Shown: positions 1-12,654 of the stretch, in pieces
Position numbering within the stretch: the stretch's first letter is position 1
How the letters are laid out: every line of letters starts with the position of its first letter
Source: Armatimonadota bacterium
GTDB lineage: Bacteria > Armatimonadota > UBA5829 > DSUL01
Assembly: GCA_039811685.1 (NCBI GenBank)
Contig: JBDHZC010000008.1
Span: forward strand, 1-64,000
Length of the DNA stretch: 64,000 nt
Direction: 5' to 3'
Notes under the pieces: model-generated
Database searches by the model: none
What the model saw: only the letters and a program-made list of their open reading frames with translations
Told to the model about the DNA's origin: nothing
Position numbers and translations under genes: made by a program

Positions 1-62
1 ACGTGACCTATCGTTCCTATGTTTACATGAGGCTTCGTTCGCTCAAACTTCTGTTTCGCCAA
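1..62 (-). CDS. tuf: Elongation factor Tu, 5' fragment (runs off window edge)
   Basis: Manual translation of the minus strand from TTG at 62 gives [21 protein letters not shown], the canonical EF-Tu N-terminus. AAGGAG SD at 73-78; directly downstream of fusA. Absent from the ORF track. Confidence 0.96.
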   Translation of the reverse strand, partial: MAKQKFERTKPHVNIGTIGH

Positions 63-164
63 CTTCGTGTCGCTCCTTACCTGACATCCAGTGTTGCGCT
101 CGTTACGAGCAGCCCCCTCAGGGCGGGCGCAACACCGTGCAATAAATCGTCTATGCGGCGCGCG

Positions 165-2252
165 CTATGCCGCGTCAGCCTTTCCACTCTTCGAAAGCAG
201 TTGCTCAGCCAAGCTCTTGGGCACTTCTTCGTAGTGCGAAGGCTCCATTGTGTAGGATGCCCTCCCCTGCGTCATGGACCGCACCGTCGTAGCATAGCCA
301 AACATTTCGGCCAGTGGCACCTCAGCCCGAATGACCTGCGTACCTCCAGGCCCCGCTTCCATACCTTCAATGCGGCCTCGGCGTGAGTTCAAGTCACCAA
401 TGACATCACCCATATTCTCTTCAGGAGTGATGACCTCGACAGACATAACAGGCTCCTTGATGACCGGCCCGGCCTTGCGCATGGCTTCTTTCATGCCCAT
501 AGACCCGGCAATCTTGAACGCCATCTCGTTAGAGTCAACTTCGTGGAAAGACCCGTCAACGACCGTCGCCTTTACATCGACCACAGGATAGCCTGCAACG
601 ATGCCCGAGTCCAGCGCCTCCCGTGCGCCAGCCTCAACAGCCGGCACGTACTCCTTGGGAATAGAGCCTCCAACCAGCTTATTCTCGAACTTGAAGCCCT
701 CGCCAGCCTCCAGAGGTTCGATCTCCAGCACACAGTGTCCATACTGACCGCGTCCGCCAGACTGCCGGACAAAACGACCGTCCGCCTTCGCGTGACGGGT
801 GATCGCCTCACGGTAGGCAACCTGTGGCCGACCGTGATTAGCTTCAACCTTGAACTCGCGCAACAAGCGGTCAATAATAATCTCAAGATGCAGCTCACCC
901 ATCCCGGCAATGATGGTCTGCCCCGTCTCCTCGTCCGTATAGGTCTTGAAAGTGGGGTCTTCCGCTGAGAGCCGCTGCAGAGCAACCCCCATCTTCTCCT
1001 GATCACTCTTGGTTTTCGGCTCAATAGCCACAGAAATGACCGGATCCGGAAACGTGATCGACTCCAGCAGAATCGGCTTGTCCTGGCTGCACAGCGTATC
1101 GCCGGTGCCGGCGTCACTCAGACCCACGGCGGCGACAATATCCCCGGCGTAGACGGCGTCAACATCCTCCCGGTGATTGGCATGCATTCGCAGAACGCGC
1201 CCGATGCGCTCCTTCTTCTGCCTGGAAGCGTTGTAAACCTGCGACCCCTTCGCAAGCGTCCCGGAATACACCCGGAAGTAAGTCAGGCGTCCGACATAAG
1301 GATCTGACACAATTTTGAATGCCAGCGCGGAAAACGGCGCAGCCTCCGAGGGCTCACGCTGCATCTCCTCGCCACTGTCCGGGTCCACTCCCTTGATGGC
1401 GCCCACGTCCAGAGGCGAAGGGAGATAGTCCACAATCGCATCCATCAAAGGCTGGACACCTTTGTTCTTGAAAGCCGTCCCGCAGATTACAGGCACAATC
1501 GTGTTTGCGCACGTCGCCTGACGAACAGCCCGAATAATCTCCGGCGCCGTAATTTCTTCGCCCTCGAGAAACTTCTCAAGAAGGTGGTCGTCAACGTCCG
1601 CGACCGCCTCGTACAGCTTCTCGCGCCACTCGTCCACCTCCGCCCGCATCTCGGCTGGAATCTCTATGACCTTCTGGTCCTTGCCGTTGTCATCCCCGTA
1701 GATAACGGCGTTCAGCTTAACCAGGTCGACAACCCCGCGGAACTCCGACTCCTGGCCGATGGGCAGCTGCAGCGGAATAGCGTTGGCGCCCAGGCGCTCC
1801 TTCATGCGCTCGACAACTTTCAGGAAGTCTGCACCCACACGGTCCATCTTGTTGACAAAGGCGATTCGCGGAACTCCGTAACGGTTGGCCTGCCGCCATA
1901 CCGTCTCGGACTGCGGCTGCACGCCTTCAACCGCACTGAACACGGCAACGGCCCCGTCCAGCACGCGCAGCGACCTTTCAACCTCCACCGTAAAGTCCAC
2001 GTGTCCCGGGGTGTCGATGATGTTGATCTGGCAGTCACGCCACTGGCAAGTAGTGGCCGCAGACATGATGGTAATGCCACGCTCCTGCTCCTGCTCCATG
2101 AAATCCATCGTCGCGCTTCCATCGTGGACCTCGCCGGTCTTGTGGATACGACCCGAGAAGAACAGGATGCGTTCAGTCGTGGTTGTCTTGCCAGCGTCAA
2201 TGTGCGCTGCAATCCCGATATTTCTGATTTTCTCTAAAGGAAATCTAGCCAT
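165..2252 (-). CDS. fusA: Elongation factor G
   Basis: [36 protein letters not shown] motifs. Start moved from 2366 to ATG 2252 ([11 protein letters not shown]). Confidence 0.98.
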   Translation of the reverse strand: MARFPLEKIRNIGIAAHIDAGKTTTTERILFFSGRIHKTGEVHDGSATMDFMEQEQERGITIMSAATTCQWRDCQINIIDTPGHVDFTVEVERSLRVLDGAVAVFSAVEGVQPQSETVWRQANRYGVPRIAFVNKMDRVGADFLKVVERMKERLGANAIPLQLPIGQESEFRGVVDLVKLNAVIYGDDNGKDQKVIEIPAEMRAEVDEWREKLYEAVADVDDHLLEKFLEGEEITAPEIIRAVRQATCANTIVPVICGTAFKNKGVQPLMDAIVDYLPSPLDVGAIKGVDPDSGEEMQREPSEAAPFSALAFKIVSDPYVGRLTYFRVYSGTLAKGSQVYNASRQKKERIGRVLRMHANHREDVDAVYAGDIVAAVGLSDAGTGDTLCSQDKPILLESITFPDPVISVAIEPKTKSDQEKMGVALQRLSAEDPTFKTYTDEETGQTIIAGMGELHLEIIIDRLLREFKVEANHGRPQVAYREAITRHAKADGRFVRQSGGRGQYGHCVLEIEPLEAGEGFKFENKLVGGSIPKEYVPAVEAGAREALDSGIVAGYPVVDVKATVVDGSFHEVDSNEMAFKIAGSMGMKEAMRKAGPVIKEPVMSVEVITPEENMGDVIGDLNSRRGRIEGMEAGPGGTQVIRAEVPLAEMFGYATTVRSMTQGRASYTMEPSHYEEVPKSLAEQLLSKSGKADAA

Positions 2253-2444
2253 AGATGTTCTTAATGCTGTCATGCAAAAGGCTGGCACGATTGCCGGAGC
2301 CACTCCTCCTCGACCCCCGCCCCGCTCAGCCAACAGCACGTCTGATAATGCGCCAGCGGACAGCATCTGATTGCCATGCCTTCTGGCAGTCTAAGGGCGT
2401 CCTCCATCGAGGGCGCCCTGCATACAAAACCCCTTTTCCTTACC

Positions 2445-2915
2445 CTAGTAGCGGTAGTGGGCGAACGCCTTGTTCGCATCCGCCATACGGTGCCCGTCCT
2501 CGCGCTTCTTAACGGCAGCGCCCTGCCCATTGGCAGCATCGATCAACTCACCCGACAGACGCTCAATCATGGTCTTGCCTCCGCGCCGGCGGGAAAACGT
2601 GACGAGCCAGCGAATGGCCAGCGAGGTCCGCCTGTCCGCCCGGACTTCAACGGGCACCTGATAGGTGGCGCCTCCAACGCGGCGAGGCTTGACTTCAAGC
2701 ACCGGCATCACATTGCGCACGGCCTGCTCGAACACCTCAATTCCGGGCTTTCCCGTCTTCTCTTCCGCCTCGCGCAACGCCCCGTAGACGATGCGCTCAG
2801 CCGTGCCCTTCTTGCCCCGAGTCATCACACGATTGATGAATCGCTGGAGCAAAACACTGCCGTACACAGGGTCCGGGATCACCGGATTCTTTTTAGCTGG
2901 TCCTTTTCTGGGCAT
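2445..2915 (-). CDS. rpsG: 30S ribosomal protein S7
   Basis: MPRKG..., [27 protein letters not shown]; str operon position. Confidence 0.98.
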   Translation of the reverse strand: MPRKGPAKKNPVIPDPVYGSVLLQRFINRVMTRGKKGTAERIVYGALREAEEKTGKPGIEVFEQAVRNVMPVLEVKPRRVGGATYQVPVEVRADRRTSLAIRWLVTFSRRRGGKTMIERLSGELIDAANGQGAAVKKREDGHRMADANKAFAHYRY

Positions 2916-3045
2916 GGTTTCAGTTTGGTTTCTAGTGTGTATCAGAGTAGCGTCTCAGCGACGCCACCGCAAAAACAGAGAGCACAGGCGCCCGGACGTC
3001 CAGCGAGATGACACGCAAGACACAGGCAAGAAAAATTGACGCGCT

Positions 3046-3417
3046 CTACTTCGGCCTCTTCGCTCCGTACTTGGAGCGTCCGCGCTTACGGTCGCGCGTT
3101 CCGGCCGTGTCCAGCGTTCCCCGCACGATGTGATAGCGGACTCCGGGCAGGTCCTTTACGCGCCCACCGCGGATAAGCACCACAGAGTGCTCCTGAAGGT
3201 TGTGGCCAATCCCCGGGATATAAGCCGTAACTTCGACACCGTTGGTAAGGCGAACCCTGGCGATCTTCCGAAGCGCCGAGTTTGGCTTCTTCGGCGGCAC
3301 TGTTCGCACAACCAAGCACACACCCCGCTTCTGAGGGTTACCCCTCAGCGCTGGCGCCGACGTCTTCTTCTTGATCCTATCTCGTCCTTTTCGGACTAGC
3401 TGACTAATTGTTGGCAT
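3046..3417 (-). CDS. rpsL: 30S ribosomal protein S12
   Basis: [33 protein letters not shown]. Start moved from 3474 to ATG 3417. Confidence 0.98.
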   Translation of the reverse strand: MPTISQLVRKGRDRIKKKTSAPALRGNPQKRGVCLVVRTVPPKKPNSALRKIARVRLTNGVEVTAYIPGIGHNLQEHSVVLIRGGRVKDLPGVRYHIVRGTLDTAGTRDRKRGRSKYGAKRPK

Positions 3418-3488
3418 ACACTCTAAACTTTGGTTGTCCCTATCCTGCTCGCTGGGCGCCGGCTCGTGAAACATCTGAGTCCGGCATT

Positions 3489-3519
3489 AAAAAACCCCTC
3501 GGAAAACACACACGAGGGG
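3489..3519 (-). terminator. Intrinsic terminator-like hairpin inside the rpsL 5' leader
   Basis: Minus strand reads CCCCTCG-(11 nt loop)-CGAGGGG followed by TTTTTT. Confidence 0.7.
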
Positions 3520-3653
3520 CACGCGGACGCCTTAAGAAACGATAGTTCCCGTATATCAATGGCAATTCCGACTGGTCAGGCTGGCCTGATATGCCCCCTT
3601 TGGTGTTAGTCACTCGAACATGTGCTCAAGCGACCATGAAGTCGAACCTATGC

Positions 3654-3682
3654 AGTATACTTGCGTGGAGCACCGGTGTCAA
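3654..3682 (-). promoter_or_regulatory. sigma70-type promoter of the str operon
   Basis: TTGACA-17 nt-TATACT on the minus strand, about 240 nt upstream of rpsL. Confidence 0.8.
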
Positions 3683-3861
3683 CAGAATCCGCAGGGCATT
3701 CCAAAACTTTTTTGCGCCCCCGGACCGTGCCCGCGGCATGGCGAGCGACAATTCCGTCACGCGACGTCGAAACCGGCCATCCAGAATAGAGTTATGCCTC
3801 AAATTGCGTCCGGAGTGCAAGTATTTCTAAGCGCTGCGCTCAAAGCAAGAGGCGAGCCCGG

Positions 3862-3901
3862 AGAAACGGCGCCCGCCGGGAAGAGATCCGGGCGGGCGCC
3901 G
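3862..3901 (-). terminator. Probable rpoBC terminator
   Basis: 11-bp GC stem CGGCGCCCGCC/GGCGGGCGCCG about 30 nt after the rpoC stop, followed by TTTCT on the minus strand. Confidence 0.55.
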
Positions 3902-3931
3902 CAACTGACATCGCCGGTGACTGCACGCGCT

Positions 3932-6900
3932 CTAGATTTCCGCTTCTTCAGACGAAGGATCGAAATCGGCCTCGATGGCCGCGTCTTCATCATCTTCGTC
4001 GTAGTCTGACTCTTCCCCGGAATCGACCTCAGCGGCCGCCGCCGCCAGCACTGCGCGCGGGTCTACATCCTCGCTGAGCGCTTTGTCGTCCTCGTGGCGC
4101 GTTACGGACAGGAGCTCAGACACGTCATCCAGTCTCTGCTGCGCGACAGGCCGTGCGATCACCGGGGCGAGTACGTCGCCTCGGTCATCCAGCACGTCGA
4201 GATCGCGATAGACCGGCAGCCCGGTTCCGGCCGGAATCAGGCGCCCGATGATTACGTTCTCCTTCAGACCGACCAGATTGTCCACCTTGCCGCGAACCGC
4301 CGCGTCAGTCAGAACGCGGGTCGTTTTCTGGAAGGACGCTGCAGACAGGAAGCTGTCTGTGGCAAGCGAAGCTTCCGTGATGCCCAATAGCACCCACTCA
4401 GCGTCCGCCGGCTGCCCTGGCGGGTCCATGGCCAGCACGCGCGCGTTTTCGTCCTCAAAGGCGAACTTATCGACCTGCTGACCCGGGAGGAAGTTCGTAT
4501 CGCCGGCTTCAAGCACTTTGCGCTTGCGCAACATCTGGCGGACGATAACTTCGACGTGCTTGTCGTTGATCTCGACACCCTGAGACTTATAAACGGCCTG
4601 TATCTCCTTGACCAGATAGTCCATCACCCCTCGGACGCCCTGGAGCTGCAGCACTTTCTGCGGATCAAGCGGGCCTTCCGTCAAGCGGTCACCGGCCTGC
4701 ACGTCATCGCCAATCCCGACCTCAAGATTGCCGCGGTGAGGCACCAGATGGGTCTTGCGAAGAACCACCTCCTGTACCCCGGCATCCTTGAGCTTGCGCA
4801 TCGCCTTGTCATTGATCTCCGAACCGGCGGGAAGCATGACTTCCCCGGACTCAGGGTCAACGACAGCCTCGGCAAGAGACTCGCCCGAGCCAATAGAATC
4901 AGCGGTTGCGTGCGGGCTGTGGATGACAACGCGCTTCAATCCGGTGGTCTCGATATCGACGATCTTTCCACTGACCTCAGTAATGATCGCCTGTCCCTTG
5001 GGTTTTCTGGCCTCGAACAGCTCAACGACCCGGAGCAAACCGCGAACCTGATCCTCGAGAACTTTAAGCACCTGCTGAATGGCTCGGGTCTTCTCTCGCT
5101 CCACAACTTCCTGCTCTTCGCCCAGCGAAATAATGCCCTGCCGCATATCCTCGTGGAGCTCGCGCAGTGACTCCTGTTTCTTCTTCTTGACCTCAGCGAC
5201 GCCAGTCAGATATTTGCCAGCGACGCCACCCGTGTGGAAAGTGCGCATGGTCAACTGAGTGCCCGGTTCACCAATAGACTGAGCGGCGATAATTCCAACC
5301 GCACTCCCGATTTCGACCTTGTCACCCGTCGCAAGATCCCGTCCGTAGCACTTGGCGCATATCCCCTGGCGCTGCTCACACATCAGAGGTGTGCGTATGG
5401 ATATGGACTTGATCTTCGAGTCGTCAATCTGCCTGGCCTGTTCCCTGGAGATTATCTCTCCGGACTGTACCAGCGGCTCAGATTGACCAGGCAGGATGAT
5501 GTCATCAATGGCCGTGCGCCCGCGGATGCGGTCAAACAACGGCTCGATAACTTCTCCGCTGTCCTCAATGGCGGCAACCTTAATACCCTGCGTGGTTCCG
5601 CAGTCTTCCCCACGAATGATGACATCCTGGGCCACGTCCACAAGCCTGCGCGTCAGATATCCCGCGTCAGCGGTCCGAAGCGCGGTGTCCGCCAGCCCCT
5701 TGCGTGTCCCGTGTGTCGAGATAAAGTACTCAAGGATCGACAGGCCTTCGTGGAAGTTGGACTTGATGGGAAGGTCCTCAATGAGATTGCCGAACGGATC
5801 GCTCATCAAACCACGCATACCAGCGAGCTGCGTCAACTGCCTGGTGGAACCACGGGCGCCTGAGTCTGTGATCACATGAATGGGATTCTCGTTCTCCAGA
5901 TCTTCGAGAATGGCCTGGGCCACCTCTTCGGCGGCGCGCATCCACAGCTCCTGCACACGGCTTTTGCGCTCACTTTGCGTAATGCGCCCGGTCTGATAGA
6001 AGTGATTCTGCTGCGCGACGTTTTCTTCCGTCTTGCGAATGATCTCATCGCGAGCGGCCGGGCTATCCATATCGGTCATGGCCACAGTAATACCGGCCGT
6101 CGTCGCATGCCGGAACCCCAGCATCTTGATCTCATCCAGCAACTGGATGGTCCGCTCACGCCCGTACAGCGTATGGCAGCGGCTCACAAGACGAGACAAA
6201 CTCTTGTCCTTGAGCAGGTCGTTGTACCACCGCATCTTCTCCGGCAGCACGCGATTGAGGATAATGCGGCCCGGCGAAATGATCTGTAGAACCTTGCCAC
6301 CGTTTTCATAGTCCGGAAGCATCGCCTTGACCGCCTGCTGCAGATGGATATGCCCGTTTCCGTGCGCGAGAAGAACTTCTTCTGGCGACGAGAACACATA
6401 GTCCATCGGCTTGGAGCTGTCCATCATCGAAAGGAAGTAGGCGCCCAGAACGATATCCTGCTTTGGAGCGATAATAGGTCGCCCGTCGGCAGGTGAGAAC
6501 AGGTTCTGGGAAGACAGCATCAATATCCGCGCCTCGGCCTGCGCCGTCGCCGAAAGCGGGACGTGCACCGCCATCTGATCACCGTCGAAGTCTGCGTTGA
6601 ACGCAGGACACACCAGCGGATGAACCTGAATGGCCTTGCCATCCACCAGCACCGGCTCGAAGGCCTGAATACCCAGCCTGTGCAGAGTAGGCGCGCGGTT
6701 GAGCATGACCGGATGCTCGTGAATGACTTCTTCCAGAGCGTCCCACACCTCCGGACGCTGCTTTTCGATCATGCGCTTGGCCGTCTTGATGTTGGTGGTA
6801 TAGCCCTTCTCAACCAGCGTCTTCATGACAAAGGGCTTGAAGAGCTCCAGCGCCATTTCTTTGGGAAGACCACACTGATGGAGCTTCAGATTCGGGCCCA

Positions 6901-8398
6901 CGACGATAACCGAGCGACCGGAGTAGTCCACGCGCTTTCCAAGCAGATTCTTGCGGAAGCGTCCTTCCTTGCCCTTGAGCATATCAGAGAGTGACTTCAG
7001 CGGGCGGTTGTTGGATCCGACAACAGGCCGCGTGCGGCGCCCGTTGTCAATGAGCGCATCCACCGCTTCCTGCAACAGACGCTTTTCGTGGTTCACGATC
7101 GACTCAGGCGCCCGGATCTCAGTGATCTTTTTCAGGCGGTTGTTGCGGTTGATGATGCGCCGGTAGAGATCGTTAAGGTCGCTGGTGGCAAAGCGGCCAC
7201 CATCAAGCTGGACCATCGGCCTGAGTTCTGGCGAAATCACGGGCACGCAGTCCAGGATCATCCACTCGGGACGACTCTTGGATGAGACGAACGCATCGAC
7301 AATCTCCATCCGTTTCACAGCGCGAGCCCGCTTGGGGCCGGTCGTCTGCGAGATGTCGTTGCGCAACGCTCGCTGCAACGCTTCGAGATCGATCTCCTGC
7401 AGTAGTCTCTTAACCGCGACACCACCCATGCCAGCTTCGACCAGCGGTGTCAGGTCCTGATCCAACTGCCTTGAGGCGACTTCCAGCAGATGCTCGAGAG
7501 CGCGGTACTGGTCGTCGGTAATCAACTCCAGTTTCTGAATGCTCTCCAGAAGCTTGAGGGCCGCATTCAGGTCGTCCTCGCGCTCTCTGGCCTCATTCTC
7601 CTCGTCGCGGATGCTCGCTTCGAGCTCACGCTGGCGCTGTTCAGGATCGATCTTGACCTCTACCTGAATCTCAGGTTCAAAGTCCTCGTCTTCATCCGCA
7701 TCCTCGTCAACCGCTTCGGCCTGAATGCCAGGCTCATCCTCTGAGTCAGCCTCTTCGGAATCCTCTTCGAGCGCCGCAGACGAAAGCTGTGCCATAGCCT
7801 CAGACTCCGTGGCGGCTGTCTCATCCTCCTCTACCTCTTCGCCCAGAGCCTTGCGAATATCGCGGTTGGCGTCGCGCCGGAGCTGTTCGATGTTGGCGTT
7901 CAGGCGGTCGTGGATATCCTCGATCTCCGCCGACACCGCTCTGCGAATGTCATCCAGCAGCTCGTTAATGCGCGGTCTGTCCACAGCCGTGACGATGGAC
8001 GAAGCAAAATAAAGTACCTTTTCGAGCGCGCGCGACGGAATATCCAGCACGAGCGCCAGAGGGCTCGGGGCTCCCTTGAGATACCAGATATGGCACACAG
8101 GAGCCGCAAGCTCGATGTGCCCCATCCTCTCACGGCGAACCTTGCTCCGCGTGACTTCCACTCCGCAGCGATCACAGACAATCCCTTTGAATTTGACCTT
8201 CTTATAGCGCCCGCAGTGGCACTCCCAGTCCTTGACAGGGCCGAAGATCCTCTCACAGAACAGACCGTCGCGCTCAGGCTTGAAGGACCGATAGTTGATC
8301 GTCTCGGGCTTTTTGACTTCCCCGCACGACCAGTTCCGAATCTCATCAGGAGAGGCTATTCCGATGCGAATTTTCTCGAATGTTCTGGAATCGGTCAT
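3932..8398 (-). CDS. rpoC: DNA-directed RNA polymerase subunit beta'
   Basis: [12 protein letters not shown] catalytic motif, N-terminal Zn ribbon (CHC...CDRC), TQLTMRTFH trigger loop, SAASFQ. Overlaps the rpoB stop by 4 bp. Confidence 0.99.
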   Translation of the reverse strand: MTDSRTFEKIRIGIASPDEIRNWSCGEVKKPETINYRSFKPERDGLFCERIFGPVKDWECHCGRYKKVKFKGIVCDRCGVEVTRSKVRRERMGHIELAAPVCHIWYLKGAPSPLALVLDIPSRALEKVLYFASSIVTAVDRPRINELLDDIRRAVSAEIEDIHDRLNANIEQLRRDANRDIRKALGEEVEEDETAATESEAMAQLSSAALEEDSEEADSEDEPGIQAEAVDEDADEDEDFEPEIQVEVKIDPEQRQRELEASIRDEENEAREREDDLNAALKLLESIQKLELITDDQYRALEHLLEVASRQLDQDLTPLVEAGMGGVAVKRLLQEIDLEALQRALRNDISQTTGPKRARAVKRMEIVDAFVSSKSRPEWMILDCVPVISPELRPMVQLDGGRFATSDLNDLYRRIINRNNRLKKITEIRAPESIVNHEKRLLQEAVDALIDNGRRTRPVVGSNNRPLKSLSDMLKGKEGRFRKNLLGKRVDYSGRSVIVVGPNLKLHQCGLPKEMALELFKPFVMKTLVEKGYTTNIKTAKRMIEKQRPEVWDALEEVIHEHPVMLNRAPTLHRLGIQAFEPVLVDGKAIQVHPLVCPAFNADFDGDQMAVHVPLSATAQAEARILMLSSQNLFSPADGRPIIAPKQDIVLGAYFLSMMDSSKPMDYVFSSPEEVLLAHGNGHIHLQQAVKAMLPDYENGGKVLQIISPGRIILNRVLPEKMRWYNDLLKDKSLSRLVSRCHTLYGRERTIQLLDEIKMLGFRHATTAGITVAMTDMDSPAARDEIIRKTEENVAQQNHFYQTGRITQSERKSRVQELWMRAAEEVAQAILEDLENENPIHVITDSGARGSTRQLTQLAGMRGLMSDPFGNLIEDLPIKSNFHEGLSILEYFISTHGTRKGLADTALRTADAGYLTRRLVDVAQDVIIRGEDCGTTQGIKVAAIEDSGEVIEPLFDRIRGRTAIDDIILPGQSEPLVQSGEIISREQARQIDDSKIKSISIRTPLMCEQRQGICAKCYGRDLATGDKVEIGSAVGIIAAQSIGEPGTQLTMRTFHTGGVAGKYLTGVAEVKKKKQESLRELHEDMRQGIISLGEEQEVVEREKTRAIQQVLKVLEDQVRGLLRVVELFEARKPKGQAIITEVSGKIVDIETTGLKRVVIHSPHATADSIGSGESLAEAVVDPESGEVMLPAGSEINDKAMRKLKDAGVQEVVLRKTHLVPHRGNLEVGIGDDVQAGDRLTEGPLDPQKVLQLQGVRGVMDYLVKEIQAVYKSQGVEINDKHVEVIVRQMLRKRKVLEAGDTNFLPGQQVDKFAFEDENARVLAMDPPGQPADAEWVLLGITEASLATDSFLSAASFQKTTRVLTDAAVRGKVDNLVGLKENVIIGRLIPAGTGLPVYRDLDVLDDRGDVLAPVIARPVAQQRLDDVSELLSVTRHEDDKALSEDVDPRAVLAAAAAEVDSGEESDYDEDDEDAAIEADFDPSSEEAEI

Positions 8399-11300
8399 AT
8401 TCTAGTCTCCTCGGGAGCCATGCGAACAATCTGCCTGCTTCTCCTGGCGGCCGCCCGCACCGGGTCGTCGGTATCCGGGTATTCATCTTCGGAGTCGCGA
8501 AGGTCAATATCGCGATCGCGATCATCAGCCACGGACACCTTCAAACACAGACTCTGCAGTTCGTTCACGAGAATTTTGAAGGACTCCGGCACTCCGGGCT
8601 CCATAATCGTCTCGCCCTTGACAATCGCTTCATAGGTCTTGACCCGGCCGACCACGTCGTCCGACTTGATGGTCAGTATCTCCTGGAGTGTATAGGCTGC
8701 TCCGTAGGCTTCCAGAGCCCAGACCTCCATCTCGCCAAAGCGCTGGCCACCAAATTGCGCCTTCCCGCCGAGCGGCTGCTGGGTGACAAGGCTGTAAGGA
8801 CCGGTAGAGCGCGCGTGAATTTTATCGTCAACCAGGTGGAGAAGTTTCAGCATGTAGATATGGCCGACAGTAACCGGATTCAGGAACTTCTCACCCGTCA
8901 ACCCGTCACGCAACCACGCCTTGCCGGTCTGGTCGTTGATTCCGCATCGCTGCTCAACCCGACGCTCGATCTCACTGATCAGAGGTTCAATTTTGTACCG
9001 GCCGACCGCCTTGACAACAGGCGGCTTCGGAGTCTCTTCCTCGGACCCGTCCGCAGACTCATCGGGCTCTCCATCAGGCTGGAAATGTTCCCAGTCCCAG
9101 ACAGCTTCCGGTTGATCGACAGCCGCAGCCTGGTTCAGCTTTCGCGCCAGGGTCTCAAGAGCAACGGGATCCAGTTCACTCAGCCGCGCTTTCGCCTGCT
9201 CCAGAATGCCGCGATACTTCTCAGCAATAGGCTCTGCAGAGGTGTCAAACGGAGGCTCGCTGCGATTCGCAAGGTCCTTAAGCGCTCGATCAGTCAGCCG
9301 CTTAAGCTCTCGCTCAGACAGCGTATCGATCTCCAGACCCAGATCGCGCGTAAGCATCTCCTGAAGGATATTCAGCTTTAATCGCCAGACCAGAATCGAA
9401 AAGTCGGCCAGAATTTCAGCCTCGGTGGCCCCCTGGAAAATCGGCGTCACGAAATCCACATCGAGATAGCGCGAAACGAGACCCAGATGTGTCTCCAGCA
9501 CCTGACCGATATTCATTCGGCTGGGAACTCCCAGTGGGTTCAACACGATGTCAACAGGAGTTCCGTCCGGCAGGAATGGCATGTCGGCTTCCGGCAGGAT
9601 CTTAGAGATAACCCCCTTGTTTCCGTGCCTTCCGGCCATCTTGTCGCCTTCCATGACCTTGCGCTTCTGGGCGATATAGACTCTCACCAGCATATTCACG
9701 CCAGCTGAGAGTTCATCGGGCTGCTCGCGAATCAGTTCGCCTTCGCAGCGCTCGCACGTGGTGCGATCCGGCTTTTTCGAGTAGTTGAAAACGCCGTCGC
9801 AGTGTTCGCAGCGATATTTGAAGCGCGAGAACACCTTGACGTCAACGATCTTGCCCTTCTCTCCGTGAGGAACACGAAGTGAAACGTCTCGCGTCTCTTC
9901 AGCTTTCTTTCCGAAGATGGCGATAATCAGCCGCTCCTCGGCAGAGAGCTCACCCTGCCCCTTTGGAGCAACCTTTCCGACGATGATATCTTCCGCCCGG
10001 ACTTCAGCTCCGATGCGAACAATGCCATTTTCGTCCAGGTCCTTGAGCATATCCTCACCGACGTTGGGAATATCTCGCGTGATCTCTTCAGGACCCAGCT
10101 TAGTATCGCGCGCCTCCGTCTCGTACTTCTCAATGTGAATCGAGGTGTAGACGTCGTCTTTTACAAGCCTTTGAGATAGCAGAATGGCGTCTTCGTAGTT
10201 GTAGCCATGCCACGGGACGAACGCTACGAGAACATTCTTGCCCAGACCCAACTCCCCGTTGTCTGTGCACGGCCCGTCAGCAAGCACATCCCCTTTTCGC
10301 ACCCGCTGCCCGGTCACCACAACCGGCTTCTGTGTGATGCACGTGGCCTGGTTGGAGCGCAGAAGGTTGACAGGGCGATACTCATCCACCGTGCCATCGC
10401 GCCTCTCAACGGTGATGCGATCGGCAGAGGAAAACTTCACAACGCCGTCTTCTTTTGCCAGAATCATCGCGCCGGAGTCGCGAGCTGATCTCGCCTCCAG
10501 ACCCGTCTTCACGCAGGGAGCGTCACTTCTGAGAAGCGGCACCGCCTGACGCTGCATGTTAGAACCCATCAACGCGCGGCTGGCGTCGTCGTTCTCAAGG
10601 AAAGGAATCAGCGCCGTAGCGACGGAGACCATCTGCTGTGGGGCTATATCCATGTAGTCCACAGTCGCGCGAGGAACAGACGGATACTGGCTTCCTTCGC
10701 GCACCGTTAACTCCTCTGCCACAATCCTGCCGTTTTCGTCCAGCGGCGTATTCGCCGGGGCAATGCGCGGAATGTGCGGCTTGTCGCCGAGGTGAGTAAC
10801 CTGGACCCGCTCCTCTTCGTCCGCCGAGAGCCAGGCCAGATCCATAGACACCACGCCATCGGCCACTTTGCGATACGACGTGCGCAGAAATCCGTAGGCG
10901 TCTATCTGCGCGTGGCAAGCCATAGAACCAATGAGTCCAATATTGGGACCTTCTGGAGTCTCAATGGGACAGATGCGGGCAAAGTGCGAATGGTGAACGT
11001 CGCGCACTTCCAGTTTCGCGCTCTGACGAGACAAGCCGCCCGGCCCCAGAGCGGACAAACGCCGCTTGTGAGCCAGCTCAGCCAGCGGATTGGTCTGATC
11101 CATAAACTGTGAAAGCTGGGACGACCCGAAGAAACTCTTAATGCTGGCAGAGATAGGCTTGACAGAGAGAACAACCTGCGGGATCACGTTCTCCGTGTCC
11201 ATCGAGGTCATTCGCTCTTTGGCCACCTTCTCCATCCGGAGAAAGCCGACTCTGAGCTGACTCTGTAGCAACTCTCCGATGGAACGGACACGTTTGTTCT

Positions 11301-12615
11301 CGAGATGGTCGATATCATCCGTGGACGCGATGCTCTCGTCAGAGGTCTCGCTGAGACGGATAATGTAGTGCAGGATACCGAGCAGATCGCCTGTTGTAAC
11401 TGTGCGAATCGCTTCGGGTATCTCCAGCCCGAGCTTGCGATTGACTTTGTAGCGGCCCACACGGCCGAGGTCGTATCTGCGAGTGTCAAAGAAGATCGAG
11501 TTCAGCAGATTGCGCGCGCTGTCCTGAGTCGCGGGGTCTCCCGGGCGAATCTTGTGATAGATATCGATCAGGGCTTCATCGCGACCCTCCGTGCCGTCGG
11601 CTTCCAGAGTCGCTTCAATGTAGCGGTTGACCACAAGGAGCTCCAGCTCCTTGAGCTCGAGAGCCTCAATCTTCTTGGCGGCGTCATCAGATATCTTCTG
11701 GTACGCCTTGACAATGGGTTTTCCCGACTTCGGGTCTGCAATATCGGCGACCGGGCGACGGCCGCGCAGGGCAGTACGCTCGATCTCTTTGATGACCTCG
11801 CGCGTCGCGAAGATATCCAGAATCGCCTGCGTAGTGTCGCAGGGCACAGCAGCGCGGCGAACCCGGACTTTTCCGCCGGCTCCGACGGCCTTCTTGATCT
11901 TGCTTATATCGCGCGGCTTGAGCTGCTTTCCAGATTCGACGAGCACTTCTCCGGTGTCCGTGTCAATGACATCTGCGATAAGCTCAAGCCCTGCGGCCTC
12001 ATCTACCGTCACGTCGACGTCCACCATCGGACACGCTTGATCAAAATGATTCAACGCGCGCAGAAGCGTTGTGACAGGGAACTTGCGCGTCTGTCCGATG
12101 CGAACCGTAACCACGTTCGCCGCATCGCTCTCCACTTCAATCCACGCGCCCTCATTGGGAATGATAGTAGCGTAGTAGAGAACTCGCCCGGACAGGTCCA
12201 TGGTGTCCTTGAAATAAACACCAGGCGAGCGGGCAAGCTGGGAAACGACAACGCGCTCCGCCCCGTTGATGACAAAGGTGCCCCTTTCGGTCATCAAAGG
12301 CAGATCGCCAAGGTAAACTTCCGACTCTATGACTTCCCGATCTTTGGCAGCCAGCCTTACGTTGGCCTTGATCGGCGCTTCATAGGTCGCATCGCGGTCC
12401 CGGCACTCCTCCACCGAATACTTCGGTTCGCCGAGAGTGTAATCAGTCAGTTCAAGGGATAGATTCCCGGTGAAGTCATAGATGGGAGAGAAGCTCCTGA
12501 AGAGCTCTCGCAACCCATCTTTAAGGAACCACTGGTAAGAATCGAGCTGAATCTCTACCAGATTCGGCAGGTCAACTACAGGATCAGAGCGCTTCAGCCT
12601 GTGTTGCACTTGCAT
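8395..12615 (-). CDS. rpoB: DNA-directed RNA polymerase subunit beta
   Basis: [67 protein letters not shown] upstream. Confidence 0.99.
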   Translation of the reverse strand: MQVQHRLKRSDPVVDLPNLVEIQLDSYQWFLKDGLRELFRSFSPIYDFTGNLSLELTDYTLGEPKYSVEECRDRDATYEAPIKANVRLAAKDREVIESEVYLGDLPLMTERGTFVINGAERVVVSQLARSPGVYFKDTMDLSGRVLYYATIIPNEGAWIEVESDAANVVTVRIGQTRKFPVTTLLRALNHFDQACPMVDVDVTVDEAAGLELIADVIDTDTGEVLVESGKQLKPRDISKIKKAVGAGGKVRVRRAAVPCDTTQAILDIFATREVIKEIERTALRGRRPVADIADPKSGKPIVKAYQKISDDAAKKIEALELKELELLVVNRYIEATLEADGTEGRDEALIDIYHKIRPGDPATQDSARNLLNSIFFDTRRYDLGRVGRYKVNRKLGLEIPEAIRTVTTGDLLGILHYIIRLSETSDESIASTDDIDHLENKRVRSIGELLQSQLRVGFLRMEKVAKERMTSMDTENVIPQVVLSVKPISASIKSFFGSSQLSQFMDQTNPLAELAHKRRLSALGPGGLSRQSAKLEVRDVHHSHFARICPIETPEGPNIGLIGSMACHAQIDAYGFLRTSYRKVADGVVSMDLAWLSADEEERVQVTHLGDKPHIPRIAPANTPLDENGRIVAEELTVREGSQYPSVPRATVDYMDIAPQQMVSVATALIPFLENDDASRALMGSNMQRQAVPLLRSDAPCVKTGLEARSARDSGAMILAKEDGVVKFSSADRITVERRDGTVDEYRPVNLLRSNQATCITQKPVVVTGQRVRKGDVLADGPCTDNGELGLGKNVLVAFVPWHGYNYEDAILLSQRLVKDDVYTSIHIEKYETEARDTKLGPEEITRDIPNVGEDMLKDLDENGIVRIGAEVRAEDIIVGKVAPKGQGELSAEERLIIAIFGKKAEETRDVSLRVPHGEKGKIVDVKVFSRFKYRCEHCDGVFNYSKKPDRTTCERCEGELIREQPDELSAGVNMLVRVYIAQKRKVMEGDKMAGRHGNKGVISKILPEADMPFLPDGTPVDIVLNPLGVPSRMNIGQVLETHLGLVSRYLDVDFVTPIFQGATEAEILADFSILVWRLKLNILQEMLTRDLGLEIDTLSERELKRLTDRALKDLANRSEPPFDTSAEPIAEKYRGILEQAKARLSELDPVALETLARKLNQAAAVDQPEAVWDWEHFQPDGEPDESADGSEEETPKPPVVKAVGRYKIEPLISEIERRVEQRCGINDQTGKAWLRDGLTGEKFLNPVTVGHIYMLKLLHLVDDKIHARSTGPYSLVTQQPLGGKAQFGGQRFGEMEVWALEAYGAAYTLQEILTIKSDDVVGRVKTYEAIVKGETIMEPGVPESFKILVNELQSLCLKVSVADDRDRDIDLRDSEDEYPDTDDPVRAAARRSRQIVRMAPEETRI

Positions 12616-12654
12616 ATGTCTGGGGTCCTCCTACGGGTGTACACGCAAATACCG

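Noticed and set aside
11040..11125. Possible rifampicin-resistance substitutions in RpoB cluster I
   Set aside because: The Q, D, H and S residues at the usual resistance positions are of the sensitive type.
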